Origin: Octopus sinensis
Lineage: Eukaryota
Direction of reading: 5' to 3'
Length of the DNA stretch: 64,000 nucleotides
Assembly: GCF_006345805.1 (NCBI RefSeq)
Contig: NC_043015.1
Location: forward strand, 25,730,001-25,794,000
Shown: positions 1 to 13,301 of the stretch, piece after piece
Position numbering within the stretch: the first letter of the stretch is position 1
How the letters are laid out: the number at the start of each line of letters is the position of its first letter
Position numbers and translations under genes: made by a program
Notes under the pieces: generated by a model
The model's input: the letters and a program-made list of their open reading frames with translations, nothing else
Database searches by the model: none
What the model was told of the DNA's origin: nothing

Positions 1-240
1 TTTGTGTCGATATATACAGAAATGCGTGACTATATATGGGTGTGTGTGGGAGAGTTCAGTGTATTTAGTACAAATCAGAATGAGCGGTGTGTTTAATACA
101 GATCAAGAGAAAAGAATTGTACTCTTAGAACTAGTCTTGGGTTTAGTTTTGGTTTATATCTCTTTCTCCAGGTTATATATAAATTTGTATAAATTTATCC
201 TCCGATGGTAGTAAAATAGTAGAATAGTGGGAATTCAAAA
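1..240 (-). mobile_element. Possible 3' end of a Penelope-like element (C-terminus of the endonuclease region)
   Basis: Minus-strand frameshifted translation ...FYYHRRINLYKFIYNLEKE / KRYKPKLN resembles the YKPKLN-type C-terminus of PLE GIY-YIG ORFs; short and weak. Confidence 0.3.
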
Positions 241-294
241 GTTCTGGGACTAAAAACAAGGAAAGTTTCTGGTTTCAGGCACTCCCTTAGTGAC

Positions 295-850
295 ACAGTC
301 CAGAGGATGAGCTACAGCGAGCGACTGTAGGCACTAAGTCTCTACACCCTGGAGCACAAGGCGGGAGAGTGCGACCGACTGGTGTCAAACTTTGGCATCA
401 AGTGTTATACTTTGGCATCAAATGCTAAACTTTGGCATCAAGTGTTATACGAATGCCCGCACAGGGCGCCACTGCATATTACCACTACATCTCACACAAG
501 AACGAGGTATTGTAACAACACCGGTTTCAGAGGACCTCAGCTCTTTAATACCCTGCCGAAACAATTGAGAGACTTGCAAGATGTGGATGTAGAAGTCTTC
601 AAAACAAAACTCGACACTTTCCTATCCACGATACCAGACGAACCGATGACTCGAAATGAGATACAGATGAAGGCAGCGATGTCAAATTCTCTTGTACACC
701 AGATGTGACATCGAAACTCTTAATTGGACTACATCAGCTGGCAGAGAACAGCCATGCAAGGAACGTGCAAAGAGCAGAGTATAAGGATGGAAAGTCATGG
801 TGGTGCTCCAGCCCGAATGCAGCTAATTGGCTGAAACGAATAAAAGAATA
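295..850 (+). mobile_element. CR1-like LINE 3' fragment (degenerate RT C-terminus plus 3' UTR)
   Basis: ORF 382-708 ends FRGPQLFNTLPKQLRDLQDVDVEVFKTKLDTFLSTIPDEP, typical of CR1-group C-termini; the tail ggtgctccagc...gctgaaac (~803-840) recurs at SINE ends at ~43750, ~46411 and ~61320. Confidence 0.75.
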
Positions 851-1090
851 TATAAATAAATATACATACATCCAGCCATACACATACGTATACATACATA
901 CATGCATACACATACATATACATACACATACATATACATATACATACATATACGTACATATACATACACATACATATACATACATATACATGCATATACA
1001 TACTTGCATATACATATACATACTTACATATACATACATACATGCATATATACATATACATATATACAAACATATGCATACATAATATAC
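850..1090. repeat. Compound (TA)/(CA)/(TACA) microsatellite, representative of dozens in the window
   Basis: Directly visible low-complexity repeat; source of the Y/I/H/T/C/V-rich spurious ORFs. Confidence 0.95.
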
Positions 1091-1134
1091 ATATTTATTT
1101 TGTTTGACTCTAAGCATCTGGAACTTTGCTCGCC

Positions 1135-2470
1135 CAGAATGTGGTCTGCCCAGCATTTTGATCCATGCGAGGATTTGACATGTTAGAGTTCCATCCAGCT
1201 TTTGTGAAAAAAAAGTCTTTGTTTTTCGAGCGTTGGGTGGACAATGGATATGATTTTCACAAGATAGATGCAGGAGAAGTGCTATTTGCAGAATATGGAT
1301 CTTGTGCAGGTGTTCATTGATTTAATCAAGACCTTCGATACTGTGATTAGGGCCTTGCTATGGAAAATACTTGGCAAACGTGGATGTCCGGTTCATTTTG
1401 TATTAATAATTAAATCATTTCATGATGGGATGGAGGCTTGGGGCCCATTCCTGTAGAGAATATTGTCAAGCAGGGTGACACTTTTGCCCCAGCTCCTTTC
1501 TTTTTACTTTGTTACTGTTTTTACTTATGCTTTAGCTAAGGTTCTCTCTCTGGGAATATATGTCCAGTATTGATCTTCTGGCCGCCTTAGTCATTCGTAC
1601 AGCGGAAGACGTGCAAATACTTATGAATCATATTTCTGCTTCTTGCAGGGCATTTGGTCTCGGCATTAGCTGTTCTTGTTCCCTGGATGAGGAAAAAGCT
1701 ATCAGGCTGCAAAGAGTAACCGATTTCTTCAGGTCTCTTCACTCCCGTGTCTGGTCCCAGCATGACATCACAAACCAAACAAAAATTACTTTGTACCGTG
1801 CATATGTACTGACATCACTCCTTTGCTCATGTGAGACGTGGACCCTTTATAAAAGTCATGTAAGGGTCCTTGAACGCTTTTATCAGAGATGTCTAAGACA
1901 TTCTGAATGTTGACTAGACCTTAGAAGTTCCAGACACACAGGTCCTGAGGACAGCTAATATCTTGAGTATTGTGGCGATGGTGCACAAACACCGGTTACG
2001 TTGGACTGGTCACCTTATTAGATTGAAGGATAGCAGAATCCCTAAACAGATGCTATATGAGGAATTTGTTAGTGGAAAGAGACCCCGGCTGAAACCAAGA
2101 CTGCAATTTAAGGACTGTTTCAAGTTGACATTAAAGCCCTGTGATATGCTCAGAGGGCAATGTCTGTTATCACCACAGATGGAGAAAGCAGGATAAGGAG
2201 GGGGTCGATAGCTTTGAGAGAAAACGTATTTTGCATGGGGAATTTAAGCGTACTGCTCAAAAGCGTACTGTTAGTGTACTGCTAGTGTAGTGAATGGGAA
2301 AAGATTGGTTTACAATGTTTGCTGTCGTGTAAGCTTGACAAGAGCAGGGCTCCTCAACCACCAACGGAGCCGCAAATGCAAAATATAAGTTAGTCCTAGA
2401 ACGCACAATGTTCCTGAAGATCAGCGGTCAGCAATGGTCTTCCTCAGTCACGAGTGGACGGCCGTCATTA
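1135..2470 (+). mobile_element. RTE-clade (BovB-like) LINE, degenerate RT with internal deletions
   Basis: Frameshifted pieces MQEKC...VFIDLIKTFDTV.RALLWKILGKRGCP..F..IIKSFHDGM; VKQGD; TKITLYRAYVLTSLLCSCETWTLY; LRWTGHLIRLKDSRIPKQMLYEEF..GKR match RTE RT motifs. Confidence 0.9.
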
Positions 2471-3594
2471 TATATATATATGTGTGTATGTGCGCGTACA
2501 TATATGTGTGTGCGCATACATATGTGTGTGTGCGCATACATACATATGTGTATGTGCGCATACATATATGTGTGTGTGCGCATACATATAATGTGTGCGC
2601 GCGCATGCATTTATTTGTGTGCGCATATATACATGTGTGTGTGCGCATACATAAATGTGTGTGCGCAGACAAATGTGTGTGCGCAGATATAAATGTGTGC
2701 GCGCAGACATATGTGTGCGTGTGCGCATACATATGTGTGTATGTGTGTGTGTGTGTGTGTGTACGTATATAGATAGACAGCTATGGCAGTTAACGATAGA
2801 ATCGATAATGTTTCGAATAGAATTACCCTACGGTATTTTTACTCTGTTTATATTTACTTTGATGTTGGTTTTTTCTACTGCTTTTCGTCGACCAAAGCTG
2901 ATAGTATAGCACAGCTCTATACTAGGCTCGGTATCACCGAGAAACCAGCATGTCTCGAAAGCATTAAAAATAAAAATAGAATACATAAAATGAAAGATAA
3001 AAGAATTACATAGAATTATAAATCGACAGCGAACCCCAAGATATTGGTTCTTTTGAGAGTAGTGAGGAATCCAGTTAGTTAGAAAAGAGATTCTGAAATG
3101 AAAATAATCCCGGCTTTTGTGTTAGATATTCTTTTAAATATTGCTAGTGATGTAATATGTTTATTCAGAGGTTTCACCTATTGGAAATTAATTAGAAAAC
3201 CAAGCCGAAATCCAATTACATATAAGAATACCAAAAGAATTAGATTATTTTATACGTTTTCTTAGCAACGAGGAGGATTATCGGATCTGTGAAGATATAT
3301 CTGGTTTTTATGATTTTTCTATGCGTTCGACCTAGTCTACTATTCGCTGCTGTGTGCGCTTGCGCACAGACATAAACGGAGGGAGAAGTCTTTGTATGTA
3401 TACCCAAATATAAGTACACAAGTACATGAACGAATATATATATATATATATTCAAACATGTTTATATTACCTGCACACGTGCAAATACTAATAGTATCTT
3501 GCGCGCGCACACACATATTACATATATGAAATATGTATATCTTTCCGTACATATACATTTGTGTGTGTGTGTGTGTTTGAGTGTGTTTGTGTGT

Positions 3595-4330
3595 GTTTGG
3601 GGAAACCTTAGGCGTCGAAAAAGATCAGCTAGTTATTCTTTTCCGGAGAACTTTCGGGCCTGTCCGAGATGTGCGCAGGACGATAAGACGATCCTGCATG
3701 CACTCGTCCAGTGCCCGAACATGGCTAACCTGTAGGCTTATACCGAACACCTGTTGTTGCGTGTAGGAAGGATCCGTCTGTCAACTGAATCGATCTTGAA
3801 GATCGCCCCGCCGCTTTCCTTTAACCCGGAAGGGAAGGCTCACTTTATATGCCTGTTGACTATGATGAAAGTGGTTGTATGGTGGACTGAAAGGACTGAA
3901 GACAATCACTTTTCTGTTTGGCCGATCCGTAATCAACTTCTCCATATTTCACTTGTAATGGTAAATAGGGATAAAAAGGAAGTGTTGCTTCTAGCCAATT
4001 TGCTGAGAAGTGGATGAAAGGGGCGAGAATGGCGTGTGTGAACGGACCTGCCCTGAGTATACGCCCGTAGTTGGAGAAAAGGAAAAAGAAAAAAAAGGCA
4101 CCTGCCCCAAACGTCAGGGTGCCCATGGTTATTATGTGGTTTTTCCATGAACACACATCGATGATCTCCTCCCTCTTGAGGAATACATAGAGTTGAATTT
4201 GGTTTTTCTTTTTCCACACGCAAAACCCTCAGAACGACGACAACAACAACAACACACACACATTCTTTGATTTGTCCTGTACTGTCCTAAATGTTTTTCA
4301 GTAATGTAAACACTTGTGATTAATAAAAAA
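3595..4330 (+). mobile_element. L1/Tx1-like LINE 3' fragment with C-terminal zinc knuckle
   Basis: RACPRCAQDDKTILHALVQC matches the CxxC-x-HxxxxC zf-RVT pattern; in-frame stops; ends near AATAAA plus an A-run at ~4322-4333. Confidence 0.6.
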
Positions 4331-5186
4331 AGAAGATTCATTATTATTAAGAGATTAGTTTATTTTCCTGCTAATCCTTCTTATCAAAATTGTTTTGACA
4401 CGCAACCTATTTGTAACGTATTCATAGAAGTCTTGCTAAGTCATTACCATTTCAGTCTCTTTAATAACTTCACCATTAAAGTCAAAACAAAAGTGATATC
4501 CTTCCAAATTAAATATAAATAAAATGCTAACGTGTTATTAAACAGATTAATTAACAAAAGAGTTATGAGTATTTACATATTCGTGCGCTTGCTCGGGATA
4601 CCGCAGTCCAATTTTTGTTGTTTTCGGATTATTCTGGACTCATTATAATCCTTCAGACCTATGAACTCAAACCAAAGATCATTCTTCACTTATCATACTT
4701 GAAAGGGTGAAACACAAAATGTACCTCACTTGGTATGATACGAACTGAAATGAAAGAGGGCTGGATCGAATACTGCAAGTCATTCTGTCTAACACCATAA
4801 AGAATCGACCAACTGGTCACTCAATACAAACACATTTCTACAATGTTATTAGACATTATTATCTTCTTTCATAACATCAGTCAACCGTCATTATTATACT
4901 ACATCGATGATATCCTGTTAACTTGTATTCATTTTTTTCTGTTTTTCAGAAAACTTTGTTTGACAAAACTAAGCTAAATCTACAACAACGCGTCTTTGCG
5001 ACTGATACAAGCTAATAAAAATCTATAATAGGCAATAAAATAATGTTATTTTTTTCTTACATAACATCTCATAAAGAAATACTTAGTAAGTGTTTATAGT
5101 CGAGTTATTTAATGTTCGTCAGTTTGGAAACATGAGAGTCGTTTATAATGTGTAATTTCAGCTGTGGTCTGTTGTATGCAAGCATT

Positions 5187-5284
<98 letters not shown>

Positions 5285-5510
5285 CATATATATACACATA
5301 AATACATACATATACATACATATGTGTATGTGAATGTATGTATGTATTTATGTATATATATTTGTATATATATGTACATATATAATATATATAATATATA
5401 TGCATGTTTATGTATGTAACTTCCTACATACATATATAAGTTGTTCACATTGTACTAATTTTTTCATCATTGAGAAAACTTTGGGTTATACGAAATAAAT
5501 TATGCCTCAT

Positions 5511-5571
<61 letters not shown>

Positions 5572-6249
5572 GTTTGTATGGTGTCTATGTATATATGTAT
5601 GTCCCTATATACATATAAAGGTATACTAGTGTTTTTCCCCCTCTCCACGTGTATTTCTTTAACATTACCAAATACAAAATGGAAATTTAATGAAATTGCT
5701 ATACAACAGGATTTCAGAGTATATGTTTGTACGCACCTGTATATACTCTTTTACCAGAACTTTCTCTCGTTCTTTTTCCTATTTCTGTTGCAGCTGTATT
5801 TCGAAGAATCAACCTTGTCACACTCTGTGTCACGCTGAATCTCCCCGAGAACTACGTTAAGGGTACATATGTCTGTGGAGTGCTCAGCCACTTGCTCGTT
5901 AATTTCACGAGCGAGCTGTGCCGTTGATCGGATCATCTGGAATATTCGTCGTCGTAACCGACGGAGTACCACGTATATACGTATGTATATATTTATGTAT
6001 GTATGTATGTATGTATATACGTATGTATGTGTGTATGTATGTATGTATGTATGTATATGATACTGTATTCTATGACGTATGTATATATTTATGTATGTAT
6101 GTATGTATATACGTATGTATGTATGTATGTATGTATGTATGTATGTATGTATGTATGTATGTATGTATGTATGTATGTATGTATATGATACTGTATTCTA
6201 TGAGTGATTATACATTAACTATTTGTATTTAACTTCAAGATGGTGTCCC

Positions 6250-6600
6250 CCACCATGAAGTCAAGTGGCTATGTTCACTGGAACTTCAGGAATTTGAAGG
6301 GCTTCTAACACCCATGAGTAGAGGACAGAGTCAAAGGCATCCTTGTAGTCCATCCCCATTCATATGAGTTTTCTCCTATGCTTCTGCACCTCTGACATTA
6401 CAGTTTTGTTTATCAACAGTCCTCTTCACATCCCTGGAAATCAATCTGCATAGGGATCCACAAGCGAAACTGACCCAACATTCTATGCTTGCAAGAAATT
6501 CACTTGTAACTCACTCAGTTTATGCCAACAGTGCTACCTGTACAAGATATATGCCAGAAACAAAGGCCAGCATACGAACTAAAAAGATTCTCTGCGAATG
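6250..6600 (-). mobile_element. R4/Dong-like LINE RT fragment
   Basis: Minus strand reads LLINKTVMSEVQKHRRKL / MDYKDAFDSVLYSWVLEALQI, resembling the LLINK...WIDYxKAFDSVPHSW motif. Confidence 0.6.
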
Positions 6601-6788
6601 AGAAAGAAGAACTAATAAATGGTAGATAAGTTTCTTACTAATGAAACTGAAGCTAGGTAATTGTCTCGTGACTGATGTTTCAAACCGAAGCTTCAAGTGA
6701 AGTTAAACACATCTCATTCACTCACTCACTCACTCACTCACACACTCACTCACTCTCTCTCTCTCTCCGCACAAACACTCACATACAG

Positions 6789-6826
<38 letters not shown>

Positions 6827-6962
6827 ACATACACACACACACATATATATAAGAGAGATGTGCATTATTTAAGGCAGTTTAATTCGTAGGCTTCAGACAT
6901 AAACCTGACTCGTCGAGTTCAGGCAGCGGAATGGAGAGATGCGAGATGTCCAAAATTGCTAT

Positions 6963-7740
6963 ATATGAAGTTCCAGAACTACTCATCAAAAAATACCAAA
7001 ATAACTTATTTACCTAAATTTTAACATCATCTCATTCGAAATAATCACTTTCCGCAGCAATACACCGGTTCTGGCTTTCTTGCCACTTTTGGAATTCGGC
7101 CTGGAATTCGTTTTCCATTTGCGAATTGAGGACCTTCTACGTTTTGCTCTTGATCTCGTCAACAGTGTTAAGACGACGAGCTTTGAGTTGCATTTTCATG
7201 TTGGGGAAGAGATGGAAGCCAGCAGGTACTAAATCTTGAGAATAATGCGGATGCGGAAGGGACACCATGTTTATTATGGCGAAAAACTCTCCAGTGAGGA
7301 AAGCGCGGTGACAGGGCACATTGTCGTCGTGAAGATTCCAGTTCTTCGGCTCCACACTTCCGGTCACTGTCGCCGAGTGTCCTCCCTCAAGCGCTTCAAA
7401 ACATCGTCGTTGATTTCCCTCCAATGTTCTTCATGTGCAAACTCATGAAGTTTCTGCATGTTTTCTCGGGTGACGTTCGTGGTAGGCTTTTCAGATCGCT
7501 CACCGTCTTCCGGGGACGATCAACTGTTTTTGATGTACCTGTGCTACTTGAAACATAGCGTACGACCCATTGCCTCATCGCTGTAAGCTTTACGAAACAT
7601 TCTCAATGTCTCTGTAGCAGACTTTCCAAGTTTAATGCAAAATCTCACGTTGGCTCTTTGTTCCTGCCCATGACAAATTCGCAGACATACAGCAGACACA
7701 AACATGATAAAATAAAAAGCAAATTTCACAACTTGCAATG
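6963..7740 (-). pseudogene. Mariner (Tc1/mariner) transposase pseudogene, internally deleted
   Basis: N-terminal HTH EQRANVRFCIKLGKSATETLRMFRKAYSDEAM; catalytic region LHDDNVPCH...LPHPHYSQDLVPAGFHLFPNMK (HDNA...YSPDLAP motif); C-terminus FQKWQESQNRCIAAESDYFE. Confidence 0.9.
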
Positions 7741-8782
7741 ACAGGGAGAGTATTCATACACTTGCATGTACGCATGCTAACGTATGTACGCCTAATAGCA
7801 AACAGCAGCGGTCAATGTGAGAGGCATTGGGGCTGGTAGAATCAATGAAATTAAGAGATGTAGTCACTGAATCACGCTACTGCAGTGAATCAGTGTAACA
7901 TCGTAAATGTAACAGCTGGAGGGAAAGATTGCTTTACAAGTATTGGTCTGGTGTTCTTTTGGCCCAAGAATATTACTACAAAGTCAAATTAGGATATTTG
8001 CTGAAGGATATAACGCCATGCCACAAGCAGATTGAGGAATAGAATCCACAACATTATCATTGTACAACGAGCCCTCTAGGGTCTGCACATTATTAGACAG
8101 TGTATGCGAAGAGAATAGAAAATCCGCAAAAATTAAGCGTTACAGGAGGCTAATATATATACGAAAATGTTATCAGATGAGACATTAACACATGCAATAA
8201 CAATGTTATAACAATTCCCGTTTCGGTGGTTTATCAAAAGTGTATTGCATGTGCGGTACTTGTTATGGATCCTTAGGTTCCGAGTTCCAATTTGCTTCAT
8301 GATAATAACGATTGCAGTTGTTTTTTCGATTTCATTGCTGAAACCGCAACACTTGAATTAGTTTCTCTTATTTTGAAGATTGACAGAATCTTTGGAACAA
8401 CGGGCAAAAGACAGGGGAGGTATTTCATCTGGGTGTTTATTTTCCAAGTTCAAATCTCGGCCGAGCTCAATTTTGCCTTTGCCACGACTAATATAGTACC
8501 AAGCCTATACTGGGGTCAATATTATCGACTGTTTTGCCTCTCTACATAAAATACGTAGCAATCTTTAAGAAAATCAATGAAGATGGTGACGACGATAGTG
8601 ATGATGATGATGGTGGTGGTGGTGGTGGTGGGGTGATCAGAAAATCAACCGCAGCAACAGCAGCAGCAGTGGTAGCAGCAGCACCATCAGCAGTGGTAGC
8701 GGCAGCAGCAGTAGCAATGGTAACGGCAGCGGCGGTAGCAGCAGCAGCAGTAGTAGTAGTAGTCATCGTCGTCGTCGTCGTC

Positions 8783-8818
<36 letters not shown>

Positions 8819-9668
8819 ATAGCAGTTGGATGTAAATGAGGATTATTGTGTTAAAATATTAATGACAATGGCGGAGTTTACATCAACAAGAACGATTATG
8901 ATGATGACGACGACGACGACGACGATGATTATGATGATGTAAACGAGAAGGAGGAAGGTTATGATGAGGATAATTGTGACGTAAGTTGCCAAGATTGGGA
9001 TTATTAAGACGATGGTGGTGGCTGAAGTCAATAATGAAGGGGCTGATGGTGATGATGGTCGAGACGATGATAACGATGATGATGATGAGGAGGGGAGGAG
9101 AAAGAGGAGAAGGAACACCTTCTTCACGCCGGTAAAGCTACTACCTCGAGGCCCTGGTTTTAACGCCTCCACAAGAGAGGGCGCCCATCGTTTTGTGCGG
9201 TGACGAATCGATGCCACTGACGTAGTTTCACGATCACAAAAGACATGGACATATATTTAATTTGGTTTTCTATAACAAACATATATTGACCTATGTAGGA
9301 ACTTGAGCTTAGATATTCTATTGACTAGTTTGAATTGGAAGGGAGGAATCGAATTTCCGATGCTGGTAATAGAGACATGGAACAGGTGAGCGTTGAATAA
9401 GAGGTGCGCTTTGTGTGGGTGTCGTTGACAGGAAGGGTCCAACACAAAGGAGCTACTTATCACGTACAAAGACAAAACTTTTAGAACAGACACACACACA
9501 TGCACACACATATTCACATGTACATATATGTATGTATGTATGTATGTATGTACGTATGTATGTATGTATGTATATGTACATATGTATGTGTCTTTGCCTA
9601 TCGACATCTATCCACCCATAAGTATGTATGCTCGTACACGCACACACACACAAACACACACATATATG

Positions 9669-9717
<49 letters not shown>

Positions 9718-9820
9718 CCGTATATGTGTGTTTGTGTGTGTGTGCGTGTACGAGCATACATACATGTATATATAATTTACACACATATCCATATAATTTA
9801 CACACGCATCCATATATATA

Positions 9821-9865
<45 letters not shown>

Positions 9866-9899
9866 CATATATACATACATACATACATACATACATACA

Positions 9900-9933
<34 letters not shown>

Positions 9934-10794
9934 CAGACATATTTTTACAAATACATACATATGCCCGCATACATACACACAAACGCACATAAATGTATAT
10001 ATGCATTTATGCATTAGTGTGTCTCTGTCTGTGTACCTCTGGGCCAAGCGATGTACAGACTCAACGAATGCTTTACACATAAGCTTGCTCCTTGATTTCG
10101 CACACGTGGTGTAATGTTGATTGCGCTGGTATATGTTTGTGTGAGTGTCCGTATGTGTGTGTATGTATGTGACACAATACGCATCCATCTATCCATTAAT
10201 TCATTCGTCCATCCATCGATCGATCCATCCATCCATCCATACACACATATCAATCATTACACAGACACATATAACCATAAAAAAAACAGGCTGTGACGAC
10301 TCCGACCAGAATCCTCAGCTGAATAACAGTAAGAAGGAAGTGTAAACGAATTACTTTGTCTATTCTTAAGACTTCGTGTTTACATTGACTCCATATCTAA
10401 TCTTTGTTGTATTGTCTACCCTTAGGAACGAGGATTCTGCTAATGTATGTATGAATGAATGAATTTATGTATGTATGAAACTATGTATGTATATATATAT
10501 ATATATATGCATGCGTTTGTATGTTTGTAAGTATGTAAATGTGTATTAATTATTGTGTGCGTAGTGATGTAATTCCAACAAGAGTGGAATTGTTTATCAA
10601 ACATATTTTCCTTCAAGTTGTAGGATCGAATATGCAGTTCCATTAATGTTTCTCCTATTATATCTTATAAGCAGAAATAGTAACAACAACAACAACAGCA
10701 GCAGCAACAATAACAACAACAGCAGCAGCAACAATAACAACAACAACAATACTACTACTACTACTACTACTAATACTAATACTACTACTACCAC

Positions 10795-10829
<35 letters not shown>

Positions 10830-10837
<8 letters not shown>

Positions 10838-11110
10838 CCTATGACATGATCCCACACTCATGGCTAAGTGAATGTCTGAGTATATTCAGCATTGCAGACA
10901 ATATAAGAGAATTAATTAGCTTTAGCATGAAGAAGTGGAAACTAGACCTTTACTCAGGTGACACAGTTTTAGGGAAAGTTAATATCAAAAGATTCCAGGG
11001 TGAGTCATTGTCTCCTTTAATATTTGCCTTATGTTTGATTTCCCTCAGTTTAGTATTAAAGAAGGCAATGGCAGGGCATTAGTTCAGAAACCGTACGGGG
11101 AAAATTAGAA
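10830..11110 (+). mobile_element. R4/Dong-like LINE RT fragment directly after (AAT)n
   Basis: YDMIPHSWLSECL...SMKKW...LGKVNIKRFQGESLSPLIF resembles AYDMVPHSW...RGIFQGDSLSPLLF. Confidence 0.8.
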
Positions 11111-11317
11111 GTTTGTTTTAAAAGTAATTTGATCATAAGTATGATCTTTAGATGTGTGTGTGTTGGTGACTATCAGTTTGAGTGCATGTGTGCGTGAGTA
11201 TATGGACAAATTCGAAAGAAATTTCTTTTGGTCTGCGTTGACAACACTTGTATTTTTATTTACATTATTTACATTATTTACATTTGATGGATATTTGGCC
11301 TCATCTTATTTGTTGTT

Positions 11318-11363
11318 AACACAGCGTTTCGGCTGATATACCCTCCAGCCTTCATCAGATGTC
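11318..11363 (-). ncRNA. Minimal type I hammerhead ribozyme motif (inverted copy, cleavage triplet mutated)
   Basis: Minus strand: gacat CTGATGA a GGCTGG agggtata TCAGCC GAAACGCT gtgtt. Confidence 0.6.
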
Positions 11364-11426
11364 TTGAGGAAATGTGGTTAAGAGCGCGGATAACTAACCC
11401 CAAGATTCCGAGTTCGATTCCAGTGA

Positions 11427-11521
<95 letters not shown>

Positions 11522-11554
11522 TAGAATGAGAACCCAGGTTCGAAATTTCCCCAA

Positions 11555-11600
11555 GACACCTGATGAAGGATGGAGGGTATATCAGCCGAAACGTTGTGGA
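11555..11600 (+). ncRNA. Minimal type I hammerhead ribozyme motif
   Basis: gacac CTGATGA a GGATGG agggtata TCAGCC GAAACGTT gtg; helix III is the ACGT palindrome; one mismatch in stem II. Confidence 0.65.
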
Positions 11601-11953
11601 CAAGATGAGGACAAATATCCATCAAATGTAAATAATGTAAATAATGTAGATAATTCCTCATTTTTTAAATATTGAACAGGTATTTCCTTGTCATGTACTA
11701 CACACATATATATGTGTTCGTGTACGTGCGTGTGTAGGTCAGTGTGTAAAATATATGTATATCTATCTCTCTGTCTATCTACGTATATACACAAGTGGTC
11801 CATCCCTGCTAAGACGATTTAGCGTCTTCCATCTTCCCTTGGTGGATATCTTCTAATTTACTAATGGTATTTTAAGGCTTTTGTAATACTGTTGTATTAC
11901 GAAATCATGAGCTTACGGGTACTTCTCAAACTGATTTCATTGAAGACACTTTT

Positions 11954-11987
<34 letters not shown>

Positions 11988-11988
<1 letters not shown>

Positions 11989-12219
11989 CATCTTATAATT
12001 AAGGGCTAAAGAAGGTTATTCTAAAGCCAATACACTGATTTATCCACTTATAATCCACTTGTTACAGGAAAATTGAACTGAAAGCGGGCAACTAACCTTT
12101 AGAAAATAAAGGTTAGTTGCCCGCTTTCAGTTCAATTTTCCTGTAACAAGTGGATTATAAGTGGATAAATCAGTGTATTGGCTTAGAATAACCTTCTTTA
12201 GCCCTTAATTATAAGATGT
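11988..12219. repeat. Near-perfect fold-back hairpin (~114-bp arms, 5-nt loop) within a (TA)n-flanked element
   Basis: 11988-12101 is the reverse complement of 12107-12219 with one visible 1-nt indel; loop gaaaa. Confidence 0.95.
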
Positions 12220-12339
12220 GTATACTTCAACCGTAAAAGTTTTTTTAATATACTGCCACGCTTTTTGATGGGATCCTTTTCTGTAGAGAAAGGGACTTCA
12301 TCCTATATTGTTAGTATACATATATATATATATATATAA

Positions 12340-12418
<79 letters not shown>

Positions 12419-12543
12419 CACACACACACACACATATATTCATAGCTCATACACAATGTATGTGTTTCGTGTTTACGTTGAATTTGCGGCAGAATACCGT
12501 CTCAGGAGAGACTCCCTGATATATATATATATATATATATATA

Positions 12544-13250
12544 TAAGGAAAGATTTTTTTTTAAATGCAGAATGCTCAAATGAAAGAAAATTTTAATAAA
12601 ATGAGAAATTGATAAAATATATAAATATATATTTATTCAACCGGTTTTCGTCATTGTATGACTTGTCAAGAATATTTATGTTTTAAAAAGTTTTTTTTTA
12701 AATTAGAAAGGGGAAAAAAAGAAAATTGCATTGTTTTTTATAATTTGGGTTTTATTGAAGAATTCAAAAGAGTTGTCTCCCCTTACTCACAACACAGGAA
12801 CTGAAGAACCAGAAACACAATTACTACTACTTCCTGTCCTGCAAACATGCTGAATTAAACAACACAACACATGCTCTTAATCCCTTTGGATCTTAACACC
12901 TCAAGGTAATTTTTTCGTGAACAACCATAAAACTCAAGATACACAACGAACTCACAATGTATCGGAGAACTTATTTTTTAATTTTTGTACATTTTTATCA
13001 TTATTCTTTTACAAAAAACAATGCAATTTTTTTTTTCCCCTTTCTAATTTTTTAAAAAACTTTTTAAAACATAAATATTCTTGACAAGTCATACAATGAC
13101 GAAAACCGGTTGAATAAATATATATTTATAATTTTACAATTTCTCATTTTATTAAAATTTCTTTCATTTGAGCATTCTGCATTTTTAAAAAAATTTTTCC
13201 TTACTTATCATTTCTCCACGTGCGGTCAACACAACCCCACCATTTATTGA
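12544..13250 (+). mobile_element. (TA)n-flanked PLE-derived element with ~200-bp inverted arms
   Basis: 12544-12741 is the reverse complement of ~13008-13203; each arm has an HHR-like motif; (TA)n on both sides. Confidence 0.8.
13076..13116 (+). ncRNA. Hammerhead-like motif, U3-A8 core variant (inverted copy at 12634-12674)
   Basis: tattc TTGACAA GTCAT aca ATGAC GAAAACCGGTT gaata: 5-bp stem I, 5-bp stem II, palindromic helix III; one extra A makes the register ambiguous. Confidence 0.6.
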
Positions 13251-13252
13251 TC

Positions 13253-13301
<49 letters not shown>

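Larger units (their letters stand above)
11260..11677 (+). mobile_element. tRNA-headed element with (AAT)n linker, HHR tail and an inverted 5' copy of the tail
   Basis: Arms 11260-11373 and ~11544-11648 are reverse complements; tRNA-like A-box remnant and B-box (gtggttaagagcgc...gagttcgattcc) at 11374-11430; (AAT)n 11431-11520. Confidence 0.8.

Noticed and set aside
11374-11430. tRNA genes here and at the SINE heads (23250-23312, 48710-48780, 61630-61701)
   Set aside because: No complete acceptor stem or cloverleaf; each continues into a repeat body
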